Assembly: GCA_951406725.2 (NCBI GenBank)
Contig: OX597822.1
Span: 104,470,001 to 104,534,000, forward strand
Source of the DNA: Octopus vulgaris
Lineage: Eukaryota
Direction of reading: 5' to 3'
Length of the DNA stretch: 64,000 nt
A program made the position numbers and the translations under genes. The notes beneath the pieces were generated by a model, which did not search any database, was not told where the DNA came from, and saw only the letters and a program-made list of their open reading frames with translations. Below are positions 1 through 12,971 of this stretch, one piece after another (positions within the stretch are counted from its first letter, which is position 1; each line of letters begins with the position of its first letter).

Positions 1-563
1 TAATGTCATTTCATGACTGATGCTATGTAATAGAAATAGACGAGAATATCAGAATATTCCCGAAATCTATGAACATTTTGGATGACCTTTTATCAAAATA
101 AGTATGGCAATTTTATCCAACGTAGTGAAAGAATTTTAACTCCTAATATGAAGCAAGAACGTTATTAAATTAACAAAATACGCCAGTCTATCCATCATTA
201 TATCTATATAGTTTAGTTAAAAATCACTTCCTAGCCGTTGTGTCATAAAGCAATTTGAGATGCAATTAAGGTTGTGAAAAGTCTGAGGCATCCCATCATG
301 ATGTTTATTGTTCGTGTAGATAAAAATCACTTGCTCTGCTCAAAGAAAAGCAATGAAAACTCTTTTATACACACGTCTGTATCGTTTAAAGTTTGACGAC
401 TGTAGAATAGCTATATAGTGCAACTATATAGCTATATAGTGCAACTATATAGCATGATTGATTATCTCCCAGCATTATATACTCTTCTGTTTAGAAACAT
501 ATTTTGAAGCTGCTAATTCGACAAGTTTCATTAAACAGAATTAGCGATATTTTAAACAGAATT

Positions 564-985
564 GGCGGTGAGCTGGCAGAAACGTTAGCACGCCGGGCGA
601 AATGCTTAGCGGCATTTAGTCTGCCGCTACGTTCTGAGTTCAAATTCCGCCGAGGCCGACTTTGCCTTTCGTCCTTTCGGGGTCGATTAAATAAGTACCA
701 GTTACTCACTGGGGTCGATGTAATCGACTTAATCCGTTTATCTTCTCTTGTTTGTCCCCTCTATGTTTAGCTCCTTGTGGGTAGTAAAGAAATAAGTATT
801 TCGTCTGCCGCTACGTTCTGAGTTCAAATTCCGCCGAGGCCGACTTTGCGCTTCATCCTTTCGGAGTCGATTATATAAGTACCAGCTACGCACTGAGGCC
901 GATATAATCGACTTAATCCGTTTGTCTGTCCTTGTTTGTCCCCTCTGTGTTTAGCCCCTTGTGGGCTGTAAAGAAATAAAAGAAA
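564..985 (+). mobile_element. SINE family B (GGCGGCGAGCTGGCAGAAACGTTAGC head), copy with tandem partial duplication
   Basis: Head GGCGGTGAGCTGGCAGAAACGTTAGC, B-box-like GAGTTCAAATTCC, central GACTTTGCCTTTCATCCTTTCGGGGTCGAT block (resembles the MetaSINE central domain, from memory) and tail ...CCCCTTGTGGG..TAAAGAAATAA. The body restarts at ~797. Many other copies occur in the window. Confidence 0.85.
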
Positions 986-2507
986 TAAGAACTGACGATA
1001 CTTTTAGATGCGCAATATTGTATTGTGTTAGCACGAATTTGAAGATTATAATCTAAAGTGTTCAAATTTCCCATTTCAAGGGGGAGAAAAGTCATAGCAG
1101 AGAAGGAAATGCTAAATGAAAATACTTAAATGCTGGTAATGCTATGTCATTAAAACACCCCTTATACCTGGATTGTCAAAAGATATTAATATTTAGAACA
1201 GAAGGGACTTTGGTGACTGAAATATTACGATGCCGAGCTAAATACAACTCCAGCGCCAATGTATTCAGTGTTCTAGCCCTCGCCTCCAGTAAGTACCCAT
1301 TTCGCTTTTCAGCGCTTAGCTTTCGCACTAGAGTGACCAACCTCTTCGCCTTTTCATCACGCTAGATCGGCTGTGGAATGTAAGCTGTCTTCGTCTCTGT
1401 AGAGCTAATTTAAAGCGTCTTTATTGAGTTCTAGACCAACACTACATGTGCACACCTCTTTACTTTTGAACGCTACAGCCTGGCCCCGCAATATGCGTCA
1501 TTTTCACCTCTACAGATCTGTAGACAAACCCTACAAGCGCTTCTTTATCTTTTCAGTACTTTACACCAGCACAGTAATACGCACCTTCTTCGTTTTTCAG
1601 ATCTCTAGACAAGTAGTACAATGTCCATCCTCTTCACCTTTACAGTTCTTTAAGCTATCCCAATAACGTGCGCCAGCTTCGCCTTTTCCGCGATATAAGC
1701 CAGCATCACAATGCACGTCCTAGATAATATTTAACGGAAAAAGGAAAGCAGACAATAAAAAAATTTCAATCATGAACTTCGTTCTTACTTTACTTTCAGT
1801 TCAACAAACATATAAAGAAATAAAGCTATTTCAACTTAGAATATGACAGATTGAGGAGCCGAAATTTTAACATTCCTTGTTCTAATCACACTTAGAAAAT
1901 TAGCGAGCTTGCATTTTCCACTCCAAAGTCGATACTCGCTCTCACCAAATTATGTGATAGTTTATAACCCCAAACGATTGTCTCGTTTCCGTTACTGCCC
2001 ACCATTCTTTCTCCCCCCCACACTCTCCTGCTCCGGAAGTGACCTTAATCTATTCTAAAATTTTCGTCTTAGCTATTCAGAGTTTGTGTGGCAACGTCAA
2101 ATTTTAGCCTCCACTACGCTAGGTACTTACCTAGTTTACTGTTTCTGACTGTTATCCTCATAATATTGAATCTCTTCTTTCTACAGACTGTCCCCTACCG
2201 GACACAGCTTTGATTTCTATCCATTTGACATCGAGGAGTACCAGTAATATACTGTGCCGACACCTAACTATACTTTTTACTTGAATAATACTTCTAAAAG
2301 GGAAGACGAATAGACGATTTAGAGAAACTAAATTTTTTTATAAAATAAATGACCGAAGTTAATTACTCGGAGATGACATCCGCATGGGAAACGGTAATTC
2401 GGTTAGTTTTAATATATTTAATGCAATGGGAGATCAAAATCGAATTAGAAGTGCTGATATCATGAGGAGAAGAAAAGGTATCTCAGTAACTAATATTTTA
2501 ATACTTT

Positions 2508-2897
2508 GGATATGGAAGCACTCCGTCGGTTACGACGATGAGGGTTCCGGTTGATCCGAATCAACGGAACAGCCTGCTCGTGAAATTAACGTGTAAGTGG
2601 CTGAGCACTCCACAGACACGTGCACCCTTAACGTAGTTTTCGGGGATATTCAGCGTGACACAGAGAGTGACAAGGCCGGCCCTTTGAAATACAGGTACAA
2701 CAGAAACAGGAAGTAAGAGTGTGAGAAAGTTGTGGGGAAAGAGTACATCAGGGATCACCACCATCCCCTGCCGGAGCCTCGTGGAGCTTTAGGTGTTTTC
2801 ACTCAATAAACACTCACAACGCCCGGTCTGGGAATCGAAACCGCGATCCTATGACCGCGAGTCCGCTGCCCTAACCACTGGGCCATTGCGCCTCCAC
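2508..2897 (-). mobile_element. SINE family A (tRNA-derived, ~385 bp), full length
   Basis: Reverse complement begins GTGGAGGCGCAATGGCCCAGTGGTTAGGG (A box) with GGTTTCGATTCCC (B box). Flanked by the 11-bp TSD TTTAATACTTT (2497-2507 and 2898-2908). Near-identical to copies at 12587, 35349, 48474 and 61979. Confidence 0.92.
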
Positions 2898-5062
2898 TTT
2901 AATACTTTAAGCAAGTACAGGAGGCAAATGTAGACATGTCGCGATCTCATTGATGTTTAAAGCTCACCGTAGTTGTCAAAATAACGAAAGACACACTAAA
3001 CAGATGTACAATATTGTGCGTGGTGAAGTTAAGGTTGAGGTGTTCTAATAAAATCGAAATATATTTGGAATTGTTTTCACTAATTACTAAAATGATTAAA
3101 CATAACAGATAATTGAAATAATGCTTTTCCTTTAACGCATAAGTATTTATAATTGGAATTTGTGATGATCAACATCAAATATTGTCAACATCACCTTAAA
3201 CGAATGCTTCATTACGTTGAATTACTGAGATTAAATCACGTCAGGTTAGTATTTGCTTTCCATAATTTCGGTATCTTTAAAACTAGTTCCGATTATTACT
3301 GTTTCTATTCAGTCCTAGGACACTCGTAATTCAGATGAACGTTACGCAGTGAAACCATTGGAGATGATCCATAGATCCATTCCCGAGATATCCCCTAAAT
3401 ATGCACTGTAATATGCATTGACTTAGCGTATAGAAGCACGAATATGCCGTGTTATTTCTTTTTCTCTTCACCCTCTTCAGATTGTTTTCCCATGTCTGTT
3501 GGTTCTGGTAGAGACCACATTTAATAGAAGCTTAGCGAACTCGGAGAGCAGCAATTCCTCTGTATTTATGATTAGCACATTTGCGGCTAATTAGGCCCTT
3601 GATTCTGCTCCTGTAATTTTCTTTTGCATGTGCATATGCTTTTAATATTTCGCTGGATCGAATGAGTGATTGTATTCGTATGATAATGATGTAGTAGTCC
3701 TCTGGAAGTTTTGTCTATAATGTTGATACTAGTGACAATTAAAATAAATATCAACTTTGATGGTAGGAAACTAAATTTCTCCCAGATTAAAAAATATATG
3801 AATTTTAGTTATGTATAGTTATGGATTTAGTTATGGTGGGGAGAAACCAAGAGACTCCGTTTGTAATTAAAGATTTTAAGGTCACATTCTAAAAAAATAA
3901 TTACGTAAATAAGTATTGTTAGAAGTAAATATATGAATTTCCGGGATGAGAAATTGAAAATAAAATTTCGTACCAGTAGGCTTCCATTGATAATTAGTGT
4001 AAATCATCCATTGGTATGGTTCGAACTCAAGAATCTCCTTTCGTAGCTATTGCTTCAATGGTGTTGACCACTATGACACAGATTTTGACGTTTAGAAAAC
4101 TGAACGTATCGAATCTAATTGAAGCAAAAAATACAATACACAAAAGATTAGGATAATCGTCTGCAAATATAAAATTACCCTATTACGGGAAAGCTTATGA
4201 CTAAATTTGGCGAACATAAATATAGCATTTAAAGTTTTATGGCGTAAGTGTTATACTGATTTAAGTGTATCACATCAGTCTAGATTTGTTTAAAAGTGCG
4301 TGGCTGAGTAATCTCTCATTCACAGACAATGATTGATTGCAGGCTATTATTGCTGTGCGGCGATATTATTGTTGAAATTTGTATAAAGAGCATTAATAAC
4401 TCGGATCTGTTATTAAAAGATATATCTACATGTGAACAGCTGGAACAACTGACAGAGTGAAAGACAAAAGAATTTATTTCGCTCTCTTTTAATTTTTAAA
4501 AATTCTGCTGATGTTTGTAATTGAATACTTCACCTAAAAATATCATTTTAATTGGCTTTTTTAATTATTATAAATAAACAAATTGAATTTGGGTAGAGAA
4601 TCGGAAGTAAACAATTTAAAAATAATTTTCTTCGCGATTAAAAATAGTAATTTTCTTTTATCAATATTCAGCCATAAAAAAAAAATAATAAAATGCTGGT
4701 TCTATCGACGAGTCGAAAATGAATCACGAATCCAGCATACGTGTTTTTTCTTTCGGATTTATTATCTCTAGTCTATGCAATTCACTTTTTAGCCTATATT
4801 GAGCTACCTTGGATGATAAATAAAAGACAAATCTCTAGTTGTTTATTCGTTTACACAAAAACATTTTTCAAAAATATCTTAGTATTTGTGTCTCTGAAAC
4901 AAATATTTAAATATTTAACACAAATATTAAAATATCTCTGATAGGTTGCTTTATTCAATTATTTTCATACCAAGACAAATGTTTTTTTTTTGCTTTAGGA
5001 ATGGCATAAAGGGCTACGTGTTAATGGTGCTGTTCCATATTCTAGTATAGTTCACATTGAAT

Positions 5063-5446
5063 GTGGAGGCGCAATGGCCCAGTGGTTAGGGCAGCGTACT
5101 CGCGGTCGTAGGATCGCGGTTTCGATTCCCAGACCGGGCATTGTGAGTGTTTATTGAGCGAAAACACCTAAAGCTTCACGAGGCTCCTGCAGGGGTGGTG
5201 GTGAACCCTGCTGTACTCTTTCACCACAACTTTCTCTCACTCTTTCTTCCTGTTTCTGTTGTACCTGTATTTCAAAGGGCCGGCCTTGTCACACTCTGTG
5301 TCACGCTGAATCTCCTCGAAGAACTACGTTAAGGGTACACGTGTCTGTGGAGTGCTCAGCCACTTGCACGTTAATTCCACGAGCAAGCTGTTCCGTTGAT
5401 CGTATCAGCTGGGACCCTCATCGTCGTAACTGACGGAGTGCTCCTA
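5063..5446 (+). mobile_element. SINE family A, full length
   Basis: Same tRNA head and GTCGTAAC(C/T)GACGGAGTGC tail. Imperfect flanking direct repeat TATAGTTCA(CA)TTGAA. Confidence 0.9.
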
Positions 5447-6188
5447 CTATAGTTCATTGAAGACAGAGGCTGTTATAGTTTCAATCTTGGTTACGATAAA
5501 ATGACTTTCAAATTTGAAATAGTCATAAAAAATATTTCGCTTTTGGATTTGGTTTGCAAGATTCTTTATATGATTTCGTGTGTTGAAGCATATTCTGTTG
5601 TGCCTGGGGAGAGTCATTTTATTTTTGTGCCTTATAATGTAACACACCCACCGGTAAAATTTCCTATTTTTTCTTATTTTTATTTTCCGAATATTTTCCT
5701 TGAGTCTTGCAACCTTTTCAATAGTCTTTAAAAATATACTTCCGTTTAATTCTCAAAGGTTGGGATAAAACCCATTCATCCTGATAACATTCCTAACACA
5801 TCTTTTACACGCCGATGGTAGTAACCTGTGAGGAGTAGAAGGCAAGAACAGAGTATTGGAGTCAGTGCGACGCTGTTATTTGTTTATATAATACAGGAAA
5901 GAGAAACAAAACGAAAATTAAAAATGAAGTACCTTCAACGAATCGGATGATCAAAATACATAATTATCTTTTGCCTTGTTAAGAAGAAGACTGAATATTT
6001 TGTGGGGATGTTGTGACGCTGATGCCTTTCCAAATTACATTAGTGATGTGTGATAAATAATGTGATTTCAACTGCATGGGAAGATCAACTTAGAAATAAT
6101 TTGTCAATGACATACTTACATTAAACTCGAAGTTTTAATTTTACTATATGAAACAAATAAATACTATCCTAAAAATTAGGAACATATA

Positions 6189-6276
<88 letters not shown>

Positions 6277-6385
6277 GGTCCCGGGTTGATTCGGGGTTAA
6301 CCACAGTAAATAAGGTACTCAATACATAGCAGAGTAAAATTAATTTATTATATATTATTATTATTATTATTATTATATATTAATT

Positions 6386-6425
<40 letters not shown>

Positions 6426-6944
6426 ACATGTGTATACGTATGTATGTATCTTATGCAAATGTATTGTGTGCATGTATGTATGTATATATATATATATAGA
6501 CAGAGAAAGAGAAATGGAAGGAGGGGTATGTGAATGAAGGTGGGAGAAGTTTATTCACTAAGTTTCCTTCTTGCCTCAGAGCACCTAATGTTTATACGAT
6601 AATAGATATCCTGAACGGTAATTTAATTAAGAATGCACAAGAAATCATGAAGTTGAAAACACATGAAATACACGAAAATATGGATGACTTAATAGCTAAA
6701 GCTAACTAACCAATCAGTCAGAAACAGTCACAATGGTGTTTGAGAAAAACGAAGATAAAACGAACACTCAAAAGAAACAAACTTAAGTTAATGATTCGGC
6801 TGTAGATTACAAAGTCTCGTCGAGCTCTCGATGGCGCATAGAAACCTACTAGAAACACCAGCTAAATATTTTTCGAATCACTCGCTGAAGTCTTAGAGAA
6901 GTACGCATTCTGTTACGTGGCAATGGGTTGTTGGTAAATAGAAA

Positions 6945-7366
6945 GGATCTTTTCGGTTTGAACGGCAGTTTTTCCTAGCGGTGTCATATGAAATTGTCAC
7001 CCATAATTATGACCCTAGTATCGATCTATTGCATTTCAATGTGTTTTAGGGTTACGGTTAGGGTTAGGGGTGGGGGGAAAGGTATCTTTTATTCTTTACA
7101 AATGTAAATAAACCCGATCTGTTTCTTAAACGAGGGACAATTTCATACGGTACAGAACGTTTTTTACCTCAATGGACGGAATTGATTGGTTGAAATTGCA
7201 GAAATTGAAGAAAAAAACAACAAATATCTTACAAACTATAGAATTTTCTCAATAAAGCCAAGAGAAAAATATGTTTTATAAACACATTCTACCAGTATAC
7301 GAAGTTTAAAATTTTTTAGTTACCTAGAAATTATGTTAAAAACTGCCGTTCAAACAGAAAAGATCC
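6945..7366. mobile_element. MITE / non-autonomous DNA transposon with ~28-bp TIRs and 8-bp TSD
   Basis: TIRs GGATCTTTTCGGTTTGAACGGCAGTTTT and AAAACTGCCGTTCAAACAGAAAAGATCC. TSD AATAGAAA at 6937-6944 and 7367-7374. No coding capacity. Confidence 0.9.
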
Positions 7367-7713
7367 AATAGAAAATAAAATATTAAAAATTAAGAAACAA
7401 ACGAGATGGTCACGGCTGGAATAATTTTGGTCGCAGGTCTGATGATCTGTCTATAGAAGAGCCCAAACAACAAGGTCAGCAATATCTACAACATTAGCAG
7501 TATCAGTTGATCATATTAGAATTATTATCATTTCAAATAACATGATATAAAGGATAGGGACAATTAAAAGTCATAATCGCATGCATTCTAGACGTGTTCT
7601 ATTATTTCATTCCTACATTTTTAGGGATGCTATTTCATCAAGACAAGTCATGCATATATACACATACACACATATAACACGCATACACACATACGTGTAT
7701 ATATATATATATA

Positions 7714-8096
7714 TCTCTCTCTATATAAACGGCAGTTTGTCTGTGCGTTTTCTGTGTGTCTGTTTTCTCGTACCCTCACTCTGACCACGGCTTTCAACCG
7801 ATTCTGATGAAACTTGACACACACATAGCCCAATGTCATAATTCAAAACTAACGCAGCGAAAATTTTGAAAAGTTCCCCCAGTTCTGAAAAAAATCGATA
7901 AATTCGACATGGGGTCGAGAATCTGAAACCCAAACCACAGACCGTCTAAGGGACGCAACTCCACCTTTTTTAACTCTCAAAAAAAATTTACCATAATTTT
8001 TTTTCCATTTTTTTGCTATTTTTTGTCTATAACTCTCTAAAATGCTTTATAGTTATTTCCCTTACAAACCTGAGCAACGCCGGGCGATACTGCTAG
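7714..8096 (+). mobile_element. Non-autonomous Helitron, family H1 (383 bp)
   Basis: 5' TC start, 3' CTAG end, subterminal hairpin CC(T/C)GAGCAACGCCGGG, inserted at A|T with no TSD. A near-identical inverted copy lies at 12073-12455. Confidence 0.85.
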
Positions 8097-8492
8097 TATA
8101 TATATATATATATATACATGTATATATATATATTTGCGGGAAACCGCTATGTGAACACCCTTATGCTAGAAATAGATCCGCTATGGTCTTGCTACTAAGA
8201 AATGTTCTCAAGAAAAATTTAGCAAAACAACCAAAACGAAATCGAGCAAGACAAAAGAAAAAGCAATAAAAATGTGTAAGTTTACTTACACAAATGTCCG
8301 TAGATCATTTTAAAATAAAATTTAAATACATACATACATACGGTTAAGTAATTGAGATTCTAGTGAATTCTAAAGAATTCACATGAATATGGTCCTTAAT
8401 AACTAGGATGCACCGGAAATCTATATGGTGTTAACCATACGACAAGTGGGGTGATTACAAATAGGAAAAAAGCAAACAAGAATGGATTAAAA

Positions 8493-8580
8493 TCTCGGTA
8501 CGATCGTTTCGTACGAGGACATCTTTAATAAGCTACAAAAAATGCAGTGAATACAGATGGCTCGTACTCGTCAGCCGAAA
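8493..8580 (-). ncRNA. Type I hammerhead ribozyme motif (canonical core)
   Basis: Minus strand reads UUUCGG-CUGACGA-GUACGAG..CAUCU...AGAUG..CUCGUAC-GAAA-CGAUCG-UA-CCGAGA. Stem I, long stem II, palindromic stem III (ACGAUCGU) and a GUA cleavage triplet are all present. Confidence 0.85.
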
Positions 8581-8702
8581 CAACATCAGAGAATTCCCAA
8601 ACATCAAAAGGGGTAGATACAAAAGGGGTTGTAAGATTAGCTGCATTGAAGAAAGTTCGATTCATGGAGATCCGATGAAAGGTTTTAAACCTATAGAATT
8701 TA

Positions 8703-8782
<80 letters not shown>

Positions 8783-8787
<5 letters not shown>

Positions 8788-8990
8788 TTAATCCAAACAT
8801 GAAAACACAAAGAGAAAACACAACAATGCGAGGACGTGGAACAAGTATAGTATTATTGGACGCTCAGGAAAGAAGGAAAGAAGGAGGGTTTAACATTTCG
8901 AACGGATATCTTCGTCAGAAACATAGGAGAAGGAAAGATCCAAAGAAAGGAAGACAGAGGGAAAAAAAATCGCCAACGGTACGCAGGCGG
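8783..8990 (-). mobile_element. (TA)n-embedded module with degenerate minimal hammerhead (8888-8922), Penelope pLTR/retrozyme-like
   Basis: Homologous to 37667-37880 and to the start of 58580-58620. Minus strand reads GUUU-CUGACGA-AGAUAUCCGUUC-GAAAUGUU-AAAC, with stems II and III mutated. Confidence 0.6.
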
Positions 8991-9820
8991 TGAAGGAGAG
9001 AGGTAGGGGCAGAGGGATTGAAGAATTAGCGATGGACGGGAAAGAGAGAAAAAGAAGGAAGAAAAGAAAAGGACGGAGTGAGGTAAAGGAGGAGGGAGAG
9101 TGAGAATGAAGGGAAGTCCAGGATATGTGAGACGGGGGAGCGAGAAACAGAAAAGTGCAAAGAACGAAGAAAGTGTGGAGGGGCTGAAAGTAAGAGTAAG
9201 AGAATCGTACAGAATTTAGATATATATATGTACATACGGGAGACCAAAAGTGAAAGGAGAGGAGAGAGGTAGGCCTCTCTCCTCTCCTTTCACGTAACCG
9301 TTGTTCCTCCAAGCTTGCCTTTTCTTTCTTGTTTCAACTACCGTCCGTGTAGCATATCTTCTATTTCTTCCCATAACCTTCATTTCTTATGTCCCTGTCG
9401 TAACGCTTCACTTCCACACACGCCAGCTTAATTTAATTCGTCCTTAGTCGAAAGGTACCTGTTGATTGTATTTGTAATTGTGTACCATTTCTCCGTTTTT
9501 TCGTCCTTGTTTTCGTATACATTCGCTTGCTTTCTTCCAAGGAATCTAATGCTCTTTGCTTAGATTTTTCTCGGGACCAGCCGCATTGGAGCAGTCTCGA
9601 ATGTCACCGACCGAAACTGCTAAGATAAAATGATACTCGACTGAGGAAAGGAAGCTCCGAATGACCCGTCCTTGTTTTTTTCCTGTCCGTTTTCTTTTTC
9701 TGTATCGTCTGACTGTCCGGATGTGTTGTGTTTTGTTGTCGCCTGTTACGTTCTTCCATTTTTTTGTTTTCTTTCTTATATATACATATAGCGGCGTACG
9801 TACACATTTCCTGATCTATC

Positions 9821-9899
<79 letters not shown>

Positions 9900-9900
9900 G

Positions 9901-10223
9901 TGGACCACTCCGTCGGTTACGACGACGAGGGTTCCAGGTGATACGACGAACGGAGCAGCTTGCTCGTGAAATTAACGTGTAAGTGGCTGAGTACTCCACA
10001 AACACGTGTACCGCTATCGTAGGTCTCAGGGAGATCCAGCGTGACACAAAGTGTGACGAGGCTGACTCTTTGAAATATAGGTACTACTCGTTGTTGCTAG
10101 CTGAGTGGACTGGAGCAACGTGAAATAAAATATCTTGCTCAGGGACAAAACGCGCCGCCGAGAATTGAACTCACGACCTTGCGATCGTGAGCCGAATGCC
10201 CCAACCGAATGCCACGCGCCTTC
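9901..10223 (-). mobile_element. tRNA-derived SINE sharing the 3' half of family A but with a different head and central domain
   Basis: Reverse complement has head GAAGGCGCGTGGC..GTGAGTTCAATTC, central GTCCCTGAGCAAGATATTTTATTTCACGTTGCTCCAG, then the family-A 3' half ending GTCGTAACCGACGGAGTGG. Confidence 0.8.
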
Positions 10224-10245
10224 ACACACACACAATATATATAAT

Positions 10246-10297
<52 letters not shown>

Positions 10298-11145
10298 GTG
10301 TATGGATCTATATAGGCACAGGTAAAATCGTGACAAAGGGTGCAAGTCAGCTGCAGTATTGCTAGAAATAAGAGTCAAAACAACTCTTAGCCACGAGCAG
10401 AGCACTATCTATTGATTGACAGAAGAGACTGGACATCTTACATCTTCAAGTGATATTAAAAAATTATATATTTCAAAAATTCAGTTTGCTGGATTTAATG
10501 AATATTTCTGTAACAATTAACAAATATTTTTGATGATTATCACATTGTATTGTTGACAATTATTGATTATCATATTTAAAAAAAAGTACAAAAAATAATT
10601 CTGTTTACAAAGTCCGTTTATCCGTTTATATGCTGACTAGTTTATTAGAGATGAAAGACTGTTTTGTCGGTGTCGGTATTCTGCATTCTAAACATCCACA
10701 CCAACCAACACAACCTATTTTCATAGTTTTGTGGGAATGCTTGCTATTGAAATTTATAATCACTATGTTTACGCTGTTAGAAAAGAAGCGGCTGATAACA
10801 ATGGCGATCGTTCGATAAAATATCCCGTTATACAAGCTGAAAACATGACAAGTTTAGACTCGTTAGGGACTAAACTTATCCTAAGCTATAAAGCAATTAA
10901 GTAAAATATTTTGCTCACACTTGGTCAATATCAGTTGAAACAGACTCAAACCTGACATAAAACACACCATCTTACTAACACAGACACTAAAGGAAGGAAA
11001 TTGAGAGCGTGTACATGATCAAGTGATTTGTTAGAAATAATAGCTACATCACTCTCAAATTGTCTCCAGTTGTCTTATATCAGGACAAGACACTTTAGAT
11101 AATGTAGTCTTATACATGTCTCTAGAACAATCAGGTTTGATCATT

Positions 11146-11330
11146 GGTAAAGGTAAAGTTATCTTCTCGAGTCATGCCGACTTGTAAGGGCCACTTTCCT
11201 GGTTTTCGTGTCATATAAATGCCCCACTTGGACGGGATGTCTGTCCGTTATAGGATCCCTCATCTGTGTCAGCTGAGTGGACTGCAGCAACGTGAAGTGA
11301 AGTATTTTGCTCAAAAACACAACGCGTCGC
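11146..11330 (-). mobile_element. Degenerate SINE 3' part with (ACCTTT)n-like tail
   Basis: Shares the GAGTGGACTGCAGCAACGTGAA..TTGCTCAA block with 10100-10150. Plus-strand GGTAAAGGTAAAG corresponds to an ACCTTT tail. Confidence 0.55.
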
Positions 11331-11362
11331 TACAGACTATATTTATTTTCGTTTATTAAAGA

Positions 11363-11761
11363 CTAGCAGTATCGCCCGGCGCTGGTCGGGTTTGTAAGGG
11401 AAATAACTATATAAGCATTTTTAGAGATGTAAAGTATAATAGCCATCTCAATATGGTTAACCACAAAGGGGGGTGGGTGTTACTGTAATTTTTTACGTTC
11501 TGAGATTTAATAATAAATTTTTAGAGAGTTACTTCCCTTATATATGCCAAAAATGCATTAAAAATGGGAAAAATTCATGGTAATTTTTTTTTTAAATCGT
11601 AGCCTCATCGTAGACACGCGCTAATACCTAGAAGGGCTCGATATGAATCACGACTATAATATACCCCGTTTTGGTTAAACTGCATCGCAAAATGTGGGAG
11701 TAGTTAGGAATCTAAATCGTAGGAGACAGACAGCACACAACCTCAGTTTTATATATAAAGA
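11363..11761 (-). mobile_element. Non-autonomous Helitron, family H2
   Basis: Reverse complement has TC...CTAG termini and an A|T insertion site. Homologous to 38632-39024 and shares its 3' terminal ~60 bp with family H1. Confidence 0.85.
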
Positions 11762-12072
11762 TATCTGCGTCTACATGAAACCAAAATACTCTCTTTCCCA
11801 TATGTTTATCTAGTTGATATGAGAAGCAAACATATTCAGTCTCTCTGTCTAAAGGGTTTTCTTCCTTTTACACATACACTTATTTGCATTTCGCCTTTAA
11901 TGTAGATTCTTCAGACACATGCATAGAAAAATGTAACTCAGCTACCTTCACAGAGTCCATTTTTCTGACTGTGCCATATACCGACCTTTTTGATCCAACA
12001 CTTTTAACATCTCAAATGTGATGGAGACGGTCGTAAACAATCCTTTCTCAGTTTCTCTTCCTTATTAGTGAA

Positions 12073-12455
12073 CTAGCAGTATCGCCCGGCGTTGCTCAGG
12101 TTTGTAAGGGAAATAACTATAAAGCATTTTTAGAGAGTTATAGCCAAAAAATAGCAAAAAAATGGAAAAAAAATGATGGTAAATTTTTTTGAGAGTTAAA
12201 AAAGGTGGAGTTGCGTCCCCTAGACGGTCTGTGGTTTGGGTTTCTGATTCTCGACCCCATGTCGAATTTATCGATTTTTTGCAGAACTGGGGGAACTTTT
12301 CAAAATTTTCGCTGCGTTAGTTTTGAATTATGACATTGGGCTATGTGTGTGTCAAGTTTCATCAGAATCGGTTGAAAGCCGTGGTCAGAGTGAGGGTACG
12401 AGAAAACAGACACACAGAAAACGCACAGACAAACTGCCGTTTATATAGAGAGAGA
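12073..12455 (-). mobile_element. Non-autonomous Helitron, family H1
   Basis: Inverted near-identical copy of 7714-8096 with the same 383-bp length and TC/CTAG termini. Confidence 0.85.
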
Positions 12456-12586
12456 TAATGAAGTAATCTTAAAGTACTTCACGTACGTAAATAAAACATA
12501 CAAATTTAACGGTCTACAGAATCTATTCGTGCGTTATCTGTTCGGTTAGAAGTTTCCTGTCAAATCTATATATTATTAAATCTGAT

Positions 12587-12971
12587 GTGGAGGCGCAATG
12601 GCCCAGTGGTTAGGGCAGCGGACTCGCGGTCGTAGGATCGCGGTTTCGATTCCCAGACCGGGCGTTGTGAGTGTTTATTGAGCGAAAACACCTAAAGCTC
12701 CACGAGGCTCCGGCAGGGGATGGTGGTGATCCCTGCTGTACTCTTTCACCACAACTTTCTCTCACTCTTACTTCCTGTTTCTGTTGTACCTGTATTTCAA
12801 AGGGCCGGCCTTGTCACTCTCTGTGTCACGCTGAATATCCCCGAGAACTACGTTAAGGGTGCACGTGTCTGTGGAGTGCTCAGCCACTTACACGTTAATT
12901 TCACGAGCAGGCTGTTCCGTTGATTCGGATCAACCGGAACCCTCGTCGTCGTAACCGACTGTGTGCTTCCC
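12587..12971 (+). mobile_element. SINE family A, full length
   Basis: tRNA head and full body. TSD TATTAAATCTGAT at 12574-12586 and 12972-12984. Confidence 0.92.

Noticed and set aside
409-453. 21-bp tandem duplication with palindromic TATAGCTATA character
   Set aside because: Simple local slippage with no further structure.
2033-2041. ETS-type CCGGAAGTG motif (also near 34731) as a promoter signal
   Set aside because: An isolated short motif with no associated gene or transcription-start evidence.
9636-9675. CUGAGGA..GGAAGCUCC-GAAU hammerhead-like string
   Set aside because: GAAA is broken and there is no convincing stem I or NUH site.
12587-12665. tRNA-like sequence with A and B boxes
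   Set aside because: It is the head of a SINE, continuing into a body and tail with TSDs, and is not a stand-alone tRNA gene.
12671-12923. Recurrent ORF MVVIPAVLFHHNFLSLLLPVSVVPVFQRAG..., found about 5 times
   Set aside because: Incidental frame within SINE family A. The recurrence reflects SINE copy number.
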